Shown here: positions 56,706-64,000 of the stretch, one piece after another
Layout: the number at the start of each line of letters is the position of its first letter
Numbering within the stretch: the first letter of the stretch is position 1
From: Vicinamibacteria bacterium
GTDB lineage: Bacteria > Acidobacteriota > Vicinamibacteria > Marinacidobacterales > Marinacidobacteraceae
Reading direction: 5' to 3'
Length of the DNA: 64,000 nt
Assembly (NCBI GenBank): GCA_964291235.2
Contig: OZ219816.1
Coordinates: 1,056,001-1,120,000 of the forward strand
Translations under genes and position numbers: made by a program
Notes under the pieces: model-generated
Told to the model about the DNA's origin: nothing
What the model saw: only the letters and a program-made list of their open reading frames with translations
Databases searched by the model: none

Positions 56706-58396
56706 TGCGGAAGGTTCCGCTCGCGCTTGCCGCGTCCCTTGCCGCGTCGCCCGGGGCCGCCGAGGACTTCGTCTTCGTGGACCGGACCGACCGAGCGGGA
56801 ATCCGGTTCCACCACGAAGAGGGCGGCAGCGGGCGGCGCTACGTCATCGAGATTGTCGGTGGGGGCGTTGTGGTCTTCGACTACGACACCGACGGATGGC
56901 CGGATCTGTTCTTCGTGAACGGACATCCCCTGCCGGGCGATGCAGGCGGAGCCACAGTGGGAAACCGTCTTTTTCGCAACCAGGGCGACGGAACCTTCCG
57001 GGATCGCACCGCCGAGGCCGGCCTCCTGGCTGCGGCCGGGGAGCGGCGCTACGGCATGGGCGGTGTCGCGGGCGATCTCGACGGGGATGGCGACCCCGAC
57101 CTCTTCCTCACCCACTTCGGCGAGGAACGGCTCTTTTGGAACCTGGGAGACGGAACATTTCGGGAGGCCCCGGGCGCCGGCGGAGCGAGCGATCCCCGCT
57201 GGACCACGAGCGCGGCGCTCTTCGATCCGGACCGCGACGGGGACCTGGACATCTATGCCGCCAACTACCTCGACTACGCGCTCGAGCGGCACCGGGACTG
57301 CGTGAGCCCGGTCAAGGAGGTTCTCGCCTACTGCCACCCGCAGGAGTATCCGGGCGCCCCGGATTCGTATTTCGAGAATCTCGGCGACGGGACCTTCCGG
57401 AGTCTCGTGGTACCGGGCTCGCAGGAAGGCAAGGGCCTGGGGGTGGTAATCACCGATCTCGGCCGCGACGGAGCACCCGAGGTGCACGTTGCGAACGACA
57501 CTACACCCAACTTTCTGTTCCGGACCGAGTCCACGCCGGACGGCATCCGTTTCCTGGAGGACGGCCTCGCCTCGGGGATCGCATATAACGAGGAGGGGTT
57601 GCCCGAAGCCGGGATGGGGAATGACTTTGGGGACGTGGACCGCGATGGGCGCATGGACCTCGTGGTGACGAATTTCGATTTCGAGACGAACACGGTCTAC
57701 CGAAATCTCGGGGGCGGCCTCTTTCTGGACGCTACCGCCTCCTTCGGCATGGGCAGCGAGAGCCTCACCGAACTCGCCTTCGGGTGTGACTTCGCGGACC
57801 TGGACAACGACGGGTGGCTGGATCTGGTGGTCGCAAATGGCCACATCCTCGACAACATTGCCCAAATCCAGTCGAACTTGCGGTTCGCCCAGCCTGGCCA
57901 GGTGTTCCGAAATGATCGCGGGCGCCTCCGGCGCAGTCCCGAGAGCGAGGGAGACTTCGCCCGGCCCCGGGTGGGGCGAGGACTTGCGACTCTCGACTAC
58001 GACCTCGATGGCGACCTCGATCTGGTCCTTGCGAACAACCGCGGTCCCGCCGAATTGCTCGAGAACCAGGGAGGGTCCGAAGCGGGGCGCTCCGTGGGAT
58101 TCTCGTTGGTTGGGACGGCGGGAAACCGCGAGGGGATCGGAGCGTCGCTGAGGCTCGGGAACGGCGGCCTCGTGCAGTGGGAGGAGCGGCGGGCAGGCGC
58201 CAGCTACCTCGCCCAGCACGATCCGGTGATGTGGTTCGGCCTCGGCCCGGCAGTGAGCGCGGGCGACATCAGGGTTCGCTGGCCGTCGGGGCGCGAGGAG
58301 TCCTTCGGGTCCCTGCCAGCCGGATGGATCCACGTCCTGAAGGAAGGTTCCGGCCGGGTCGGCGGTTTCGGGTTGGGGAACCGGGAGGAGCCGTGA
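56705..58396 (+). CDS. CRTAC1-family (FG-GAP / ASPIC-UnbV) exported protein
   Basis: DxDxDGxxDL repeats, AGMG, NREGIGA, SYLAQHD..WFGLG, VRWPSG. Confidence 0.85.
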   Translation: MRKVPLALAASLAASPGAAEDFVFVDRTDRAGIRFHHEEGGSGRRYVIEIVGGGVVVFDYDTDGWPDLFFVNGHPLPGDAGGATVGNRLFRNQGDGTFRDRTAEAGLLAAAGERRYGMGGVAGDLDGDGDPDLFLTHFGEERLFWNLGDGTFREAPGAGGASDPRWTTSAALFDPDRDGDLDIYAANYLDYALERHRDCVSPVKEVLAYCHPQEYPGAPDSYFENLGDGTFRSLVVPGSQEGKGLGVVITDLGRDGAPEVHVANDTTPNFLFRTESTPDGIRFLEDGLASGIAYNEEGLPEAGMGNDFGDVDRDGRMDLVVTNFDFETNTVYRNLGGGLFLDATASFGMGSESLTELAFGCDFADLDNDGWLDLVVANGHILDNIAQIQSNLRFAQPGQVFRNDRGRLRRSPESEGDFARPRVGRGLATLDYDLDGDLDLVLANNRGPAELLENQGGSEAGRSVGFSLVGTAGNREGIGASLRLGNGGLVQWEERRAGASYLAQHDPVMWFGLGPAVSAGDIRVRWPSGREESFGSLPAGWIHVLKEGSGRVGGFGLGNREEP

Positions 58397-60063
58397 GGGC
58401 GCGCTGGGGCGGCGTGGGCGTCCTGCTGCTGGCGTCCGCCGCGGCGTTCGCTCAACCCCAAATTCGCTTCAGCGAAGTGGCGGAGGCATCGGGTATCCGC
58501 TTCGTCAACATGTACGGCGGCGTTCGCAGCAAGGACTACATCCTGGAAACGACCGGCACCGGCGCGGCGTTTTTCGACTATGACGGCGACGGGGATCTGG
58601 ATCTCTTCCTGGTGAACGGCTCCCGGCTCGGTTACGACGAGACCCAGAGCCTCTCGAACGCGCTGTTCCGCAACGAGGGAGAAGCGCGGTTCACGGAGGT
58701 CACCGGACCCGCCGGGCTCGAATCCTACGGCTGGGGCCAGGGCGCGTTTGTGGTGGACCACGACAACGACGGCGATCTCGATCTCTTCGTGACGCGCTAC
58801 GGCAGGAATCTCTTCTACCGAAACCGGGGCGACGGGACCTTCCAGGAAGTGGGGGCCGAGCTGGGAGTGGATGATCCCCGCTGGGGGACCGGGGCTGCCT
58901 TCGGCGACCTCGACGGCGACGGTGTCCCGGATCTGGTCGTCGTGAACTACGTGGATTTCGACCCGGCACGGACGCCCGGGCCCGGAGAGGAGCCGTATTG
59001 TTTTTTCCTCGGGATTCCCGTGATGTGCGGGCCGAAGGGGCTCGCGCCGGCCCCGGCGCTTCTTTACCGCGGGCTTCCCGACGGGCGCTTTGTCAGGGTC
59101 GAGGGGCTCGAGATCGGGGCGGAGAGCTACTTCGGGCTTGGAGTGGTGCTCGGCGATCTGGATGACGACGGCGATCTCGACGTTTACGTCGCGAATGACC
59201 AGACGCCAAACAACTTCTACCGAAACGACAGCGCGGAACAGGGCCTCGAATTCACCGATGTGGGCCTTGCCGCCGGCCTCGCCTACAACGAGGACGGGCG
59301 GGCCCAGGCGGGAATGGGGGTGGACCTCGGGGATTACGACAACGACGGGCAACTGGACATCGTGGTGACCAACTTCTCCCACGACTACAACACCATTTAC
59401 CGGGCTGCCGGGGGCGGCTGGTTTCTCGATGCGTCGTTCGCCGCCGGAGTCGCGGAACCCAGCTACCCGTATCTTGGCTGGGGAGCCGGTTTCCGCGACC
59501 TGGATCGGGACGGTTGGCTCGATCTCGTGGTCGTGAACGGCCACGTCTATCCGGAGGTTGAAGGTGGGGTGACCGAAAGCGACTACGAACAGCGCGGACT
59601 GGTGTTTCGGAATCTCACCGGTGGGGTGTTCGCCGAGGTCGCCCCGACCGCTCTGGGAGTGCCCCGGGTGTACCGGGGAGCGGCCTTTGCGGACTACGAC
59701 GACGATGGAGACACCGACCTGTTGGCCACGGTGATGAACGGGACGCCGTCGCTCTTCCGAAACGACACGGACACGAATTCGGCCTGGGTCGGTTTCCGGC
59801 TGGTCGGCCGGGAGAGTCCGCGGGATGGGATCGGCACCCGGCTGGTGCTGACGGGAGCCGGTTCCTCCCAGCTGCGGGAAGCCCGGTCCGCCGGCAGCTA
59901 CCTCGCCTCCAGCGATCCCCGGGTCTTTTTCGGGGTGGGCTCGGGCGCCGGCCCCTATCGGGCCGAGGTCCGCTGGCTCTCCGGCTGCCGGCAGGAGATC
60001 GAGGCCGTCCCCGGACGCTACCTGCTGGTGGTGGAACCGCCCGACTGCGGCGCCCCCGGTTAG
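58393..60063 (+). CDS. CRTAC1-family (FG-GAP / ASPIC-UnbV) exported protein
   Basis: GTG start overlaps the previous stop; DYDGDGDLDL repeats, AGMGVDLGDYDNDG, SYLASSDPRVFFG. Confidence 0.85.
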   Translation: MRARWGGVGVLLLASAAAFAQPQIRFSEVAEASGIRFVNMYGGVRSKDYILETTGTGAAFFDYDGDGDLDLFLVNGSRLGYDETQSLSNALFRNEGEARFTEVTGPAGLESYGWGQGAFVVDHDNDGDLDLFVTRYGRNLFYRNRGDGTFQEVGAELGVDDPRWGTGAAFGDLDGDGVPDLVVVNYVDFDPARTPGPGEEPYCFFLGIPVMCGPKGLAPAPALLYRGLPDGRFVRVEGLEIGAESYFGLGVVLGDLDDDGDLDVYVANDQTPNNFYRNDSAEQGLEFTDVGLAAGLAYNEDGRAQAGMGVDLGDYDNDGQLDIVVTNFSHDYNTIYRAAGGGWFLDASFAAGVAEPSYPYLGWGAGFRDLDRDGWLDLVVVNGHVYPEVEGGVTESDYEQRGLVFRNLTGGVFAEVAPTALGVPRVYRGAAFADYDDDGDTDLLATVMNGTPSLFRNDTDTNSAWVGFRLVGRESPRDGIGTRLVLTGAGSSQLREARSAGSYLASSDPRVFFGVGSGAGPYRAEVRWLSGCRQEIEAVPGRYLLVVEPPDCGAPG

Positions 60064-60100
60064 GAAGGGAACGCCGGCCAGCTCTCCCAATGGAGCCCCG

Positions 60101-60366
60101 GTGGCGTTTCACCACCGGCTGCTCAGCAGCCCCGATGGTGAAACTCTGAAGGGGCTTGTTCGCGGCGCGCCGCGCCGCGGGGGTGGGGTGTGGGGAGGGG
60201 TTTCCCCTCCCCACGAAAGACGATGCCGCGAATCGCAAAGCGCCAGTTCTCCCGGTGGGGGGGCGCGGCATCAACCCGTGGTGAAAGCGCCCCGCACACA
60301 CACAAACGACGGATCCGCTGCGCGTGATTTCCTGGGGCTCGTGCGGGGCGCTTTCACCACGGCTGT
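60101..60366. mobile_element. MITE-like palindromic element containing copy 2 of the dispersed structured repeat
   Basis: Imperfect inverted ends (cagccccgatggtgaaa ... tttcaccacggctg); internal inverted pair gtggtgaaagcgccccgcac / gtgcggggcgctttcaccac; hairpin tggggagggg-ttt-cccctcccca. Confidence 0.5.
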
Positions 60367-61475
60367 CAGCCGTCGTCGAACGCAACGGTCTTCAACAGCG
60401 CGTACACCTCGCGGCCGGTCTCGAGTCCGAGTTCGGTGACGGCATCCCGGGTGATCCGGGCGCTGAGACGCTGCTCGGCGATCTCCACAACCACCTCGGC
60501 GAAGGGGGTTTCCGGCACTTCCCGAGTCTCGAGAACATTGCCCCGCAGCACATTGCGAATGCTGATGGAGGCGGGCCGGACGGTGGCGAGCGCGACGTCC
60601 CGGGCCCGTACCCGAAGCCGCGCGACCGTTCCGGCCGCCCGGCCGGTGCCCGGAACGCGCAGGATCTGCCCGCCGAGCTCGAGTTCCGACAGCCCCAGCG
60701 CCGGGAGGCGGGTCCGGACCGCGGCCGTCAACACGGTTCCAGCCTCGAACCGGGACAGGGCATCCTCGGCCGGAAGGTGCTCGAGCGCCTCCACGACCGG
60801 AGCGGCGCCGCTCACGTGTCCACCGGAGATCGGGGCGATCCGGTGGGCGATTTCCACGACCTCTCCGAGGTCGTGGCTCACGTACACCACGACCATCCCG
60901 GACGCCTCGCCGAGGGATCGAAGCCAAGGCAGGATTCCGGCGCGGGCGGTGCGGTGGATCCCGGAGACCGGCTCGTCCAGAAGCAGCACTGACGGCCGGG
61001 AGAGCAGGGCCCGCGCCAGGGAGACCCGCTGGCGCTCCCCTCCGGAAAGCCGGTGCGGGTGTCGTGAGAGGTGCCTTCCGAGCTCGAGGCGTTCCACTAC
61101 TTCGGAAAAGCGGAGGGCAGGGGCAGTTTCCGACGCACCGGCGCGGCGCTGGGCGTAGCGGAGGTTGCCCTCGACGGCGAGGTGGTCAAAGAGCGCGGGT
61201 TCCTGGAAAGCGAACCCGATCCGCCGTGCGTGGGTTGGCAGGAAGATCCCCTGGCGGTGGTCCTGCCAGGTTGCTGCTCCAAGCCGGAGTCTTCCCTCGA
61301 AACGGGTGAGTCCGGCGATCGCTCGCAGAAGCGTCGTCTTCCCGCTACCCGAGGGGCCGAACAAGGCCGTCGTTTCGCCCGCGCCCGCCGAGAACTCCGC
61401 GTCGATCCGGAGTCCGCCGACCGTGCCCCGAAGACCTACCTCGAGGGGGCCGGCGGCGGACTCGAGGCCGGTCAC
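60366..61475 (-). CDS. modC: Molybdate ABC transporter ATP-binding protein
   Basis: [36 protein letters not shown]-terminal TOBE domain; GTG overlaps the modB stop. Confidence 0.92.
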   Translation of the reverse strand: MTGLESAAGPLEVGLRGTVGGLRIDAEFSAGAGETTALFGPSGSGKTTLLRAIAGLTRFEGRLRLGAATWQDHRQGIFLPTHARRIGFAFQEPALFDHLAVEGNLRYAQRRAGASETAPALRFSEVVERLELGRHLSRHPHRLSGGERQRVSLARALLSRPSVLLLDEPVSGIHRTARAGILPWLRSLGEASGMVVVYVSHDLGEVVEIAHRIAPISGGHVSGAAPVVEALEHLPAEDALSRFEAGTVLTAAVRTRLPALGLSELELGGQILRVPGTGRAAGTVARLRVRARDVALATVRPASISIRNVLRGNVLETREVPETPFAEVVVEIAEQRLSARITRDAVTELGLETGREVYALLKTVAFDDG

Positions 61476-62152
61476 CGCTCGCGGCCGCCCGCTTTTTTGT
61501 GGAGGCTGAGGGTCAGCGCCACCACGACGAATGAGAAGACCAGCAAACCCCCGGAAAGGAGATGCGCGGTGCTCCACTCCATGAGTTCCACGTGGTCGTA
61601 GATGGCGATCGAGAGCACCCGGGTAACGCCGGGGATGTTGCCGCCGATCATCAGGATCACTCCGAACTCGCCCACCGTGTGGGCGAAGCCCAGCACCGCC
61701 CCAGCGATGAGGCCGGGCCGGGCCAGTGGCACCGCCACCGTCCAAAAAGCGTCCCAGGGGGAGGCGCGCAGGGTGGCGGCGGCTTCCAGCGGGCGGTCTC
61801 CGACCGCCTCGAAGGCGCTTCGGATCGGCTGGACGGTGAATGGAAGTGAATAGATGACCGACCCGATCACGAGGCCCGGAAAAGAAAACGCGAGCGAACG
61901 CTCGCCAAGCAGTCGGGCCACGAAGCCCCCTGGTCCCTCGGGGCCCAGGGCAATCAGGAGATAGAAACCGAGAACCGTGGGGGGCAGGACCAGCGGCAGG
62001 GCAACGAGGGCCGCTACCGCCTCCTTGAAGCGGAAGCGCGTCCGGGCAAGCCACCAGGCGATGGGTGTCCCGAAAAGCAGCAAGAACACGGTGGTCACTC
62101 CGGCGAGCTCCAGCGTGAGTCGAATCGGCGGCCAGATGGCTTCGGCGTTCAC
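61472..62152 (-). CDS. modB: Molybdate ABC transporter permease
   Basis: [41 protein letters not shown]. Confidence 0.95.
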   Translation of the reverse strand: MNAEAIWPPIRLTLELAGVTTVFLLLFGTPIAWWLARTRFRFKEAVAALVALPLVLPPTVLGFYLLIALGPEGPGGFVARLLGERSLAFSFPGLVIGSVIYSLPFTVQPIRSAFEAVGDRPLEAAATLRASPWDAFWTVAVPLARPGLIAGAVLGFAHTVGEFGVILMIGGNIPGVTRVLSIAIYDHVELMEWSTAHLLSGGLLVFSFVVVALTLSLHKKAGGRER

Positions 62153-62158
62153 GATCGG

Positions 62159-62947
62159 TCAGTGCGCGCCGCCGGCGGCTTCGGTGCGGTATCCGTGCCG
62201 CCGGAGGATCTCGGCGGCGGTCTCCGAGCCGAGGAAATCAAGGAACCGCGCGGCTACCGGATTGCCGCGTCCGGATTCCAGGAGCACAGCCTGCTGCCGA
62301 ATGGGAGCGTGGAGGTCCTCGGGGACCAACCAGCGGGATCCATCGGCAGTCCCGGCGACCTGGGAGAGCGCGAGGAATCCCAGCTCGGCGTTGCCGGTGC
62401 GGACGAATTGGTGCGCCTGGGAGACGCTCATCCCGATGACCAGCCGCTCTTGAAGGAACTCCTCGAGACCCAGGGCGCGCATCACCTCGACCGCTGCCCG
62501 GCCGTAGGGCGCGAGCGCCGGATTCGCCAGCGCCAGGCGCTGGAGATCCGCGTTTCGGAGGGATGCGGGGCCGGTTGCGCGCCCCGGGTCCCGGCTGAAC
62601 AGGACGAGCCGGCCCACCGCGTAGGTCCGCCGGCTACCGGCCACCGCGAGCCCGCCCCGTTCCGCCCGCTCCGGTCGTTCCCGGTCGGCAGCGAGAAAAA
62701 CGTCAAACGGCGCTCCCTGCACGATCTGCGCATAGAGCTGGCCGGTGGAACCGAAGCTGAGAAGCGGCTTGTCCCCGGTGCTGTCCTCAAAGGCAGCGGC
62801 GATTTCGCGTGCTGCGGACATGAAGTTGGCGGCTACCGCAGCCCGCACGTTCCCGTCCTCCCCGCCGGCCTGAGCCGGCGAGCCTGAGAGCAGTCCGGCC
62901 GCTGAAATCAGGGCCAGGATGCGAAGTCGGGCCATGCCGATCGGCAT
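62159..62947 (-). CDS. modA: Molybdate ABC transporter substrate-binding protein
   Basis: AVAANF, SFGSTGQLYAQIVQGAPFDVFLAAD, ANPALAPYGRAA, PIRQ. Confidence 0.93.
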   Translation of the reverse strand: MPIGMARLRILALISAAGLLSGSPAQAGGEDGNVRAAVAANFMSAAREIAAAFEDSTGDKPLLSFGSTGQLYAQIVQGAPFDVFLAADRERPERAERGGLAVAGSRRTYAVGRLVLFSRDPGRATGPASLRNADLQRLALANPALAPYGRAAVEVMRALGLEEFLQERLVIGMSVSQAHQFVRTGNAELGFLALSQVAGTADGSRWLVPEDLHAPIRQQAVLLESGRGNPVAARFLDFLGSETAAEILRRHGYRTEAAGGAH

Positions 62948-62992
62948 GGTAGCGGCGGCGCGCGGTGCGCTGACCCGAGTCCGGACGGGGTC

Positions 62993-64000
62993 CTACCGGG
63001 TTGCGGTCATCATGATCTCGACCTTGATGCCGGCTCCCATCATCTGGGTCTCAACCGTGGCCCGCGGCGGGAACGGCTCTCCGACGACTTCCCGGTACAC
63101 GGCGTTCATGGCGCCGTAGTCGCGCATGTCCTCGAGGTACACCATGGCGTCATCGACATCGCGGAAGGTGAGGCCCGCCGCTTCGAGCGCGGCCGACAGC
63201 CTTCCGAGAACGGCGCGCGTCTGCTCGCCGGGATCCTCGCTGCGGTCCGGTCCGGGAGCGACCATCCCGGAGAGATAGAGCCGGTCGCCAGCCCAGATTC
63301 CCGGTGAGAGCGGGCTCCCGGAGCGGGGGCCGTCCGGCGCCAGAACGCTGCGCTCGGCGCGGCTGGCCACGCACTGCACTTCCGCCGTGAAGAGGGGATT
63401 TGCCAGCCGGGCCTCGACGGTGGCCCGAGTCGGCGGGTCCTCGGGGAAAAACTCCCGGTACGCCGCGTTCATTTCCCCGAAGGTGCGCGGGTCATCCAGG
63501 AACACCCGGCAGTTCGCGACGTTCGAAAAATCCATTCCCCCCGCCTCGAGAACGAGCCCGATGTTCCCCATGATGCGCTGCATCTGCTCGGGCACGCCAC
63601 CCGCCACCGGCTGGTAGGTATCCGGATCGCGCGCGGTGGCGCCGGCGACGAACAGTGTGTCTCCGGCTTCGATGCCCCAGGAATAGGGAAGCTCGGGACT
63701 CTTCATGGCCTCCGGGTTGATGACCCGGCGGTCCACACCCTGTCGCACCGCGACCAGCGAGATTTCGACGAGGGCTCCCGGGATCGCGATCCCCGCCTCC
63801 ACCGTGGCGCGCGTTGGGGGATCCTCCGCGAAATACTCGCGATATATGCCGTTCATCGCCTGGAAATGGCGGATGTCCGACAGGTACACGTTGACGGCGG
63901 CCACCCGGGAAAAATCGAGACCCGCGCTTTCGAGCGTCGCGCCGAGATTGTCGAGCGTCTGGCGAACCTGGGCCTCGATGCCTCCCGGCACCAGATCGAG
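62993..64000 (-). CDS. RidA/YjgF-family protein with three tandem domains (5'-partial)
   Basis: Three repeats of MN..Y.E..-PP.RATVE; the frame runs off the window edge. Confidence 0.85.
   Translation of the reverse strand, partial: LDLVPGGIEAQVRQTLDNLGATLESAGLDFSRVAAVNVYLSDIRHFQAMNGIYREYFAEDPPTRATVEAGIAIPGALVEISLVAVRQGVDRRVINPEAMKSPELPYSWGIEAGDTLFVAGATARDPDTYQPVAGGVPEQMQRIMGNIGLVLEAGGMDFSNVANCRVFLDDPRTFGEMNAAYREFFPEDPPTRATVEARLANPLFTAEVQCVASRAERSVLAPDGPRSGSPLSPGIWAGDRLYLSGMVAPGPDRSEDPGEQTRAVLGRLSAALEAAGLTFRDVDDAMVYLEDMRDYGAMNAVYREVVGEPFPPRATVETQMMGAGIKVEIMMTATR

Noticed and set aside
2635-60090. Long antisense ORFs (e.g. 2635-5319, 13823-16120, 17920-20286, most of 27607-30309, 52817-55138, 58204-60090)
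   Set aside because: Shadow frames of real genes, expected at high GC; no motifs.

Overview
High-GC bacterial window with dense coding on both strands. The gene set (GWxTD/TPR protein, CRTAC1/ASPIC-UnbV proteins, carboxypeptidase-regulatory-domain TonB-dependent receptor, DUF2911, many exported peptidases) suggests Acidobacteriota; this is inference. Housekeeping genes include ilvB-ilvN-ilvC, rpmB, murB-murA, rmlB and modABC. The standout is a selenium locus at about 20.3-23.4 kb. Two tandem rhodanese-domain genes each have an in-frame TGA at the catalytic Cys position, followed 21 nt later by the same SECIS-like hairpin loop, so they are probable selenoproteins (one cytoplasmic, one lipoprotein). 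They abut a selenoneine-synthase-like gene (senA) and a selenosugar-synthase-like gene (senB); no senC/selD is in the window. Other oddities: a LigD whose ligase lysine is replaced by Gln, a Cys-to-Asp (fosfomycin-insensitive type) MurA, a two-domain antitoxin beside a PIN toxin, a TonB/DUF1326-like fusion, an SBP + output-less HAMP protein + OFA transporter operon, several Tat-tagged versions of normally cytoplasmic enzymes, a REP/BIME-like tandem array, a dispersed structured repeat, and two single-base frameshifts. All family calls come from recognising motifs by eye; no searches were run.
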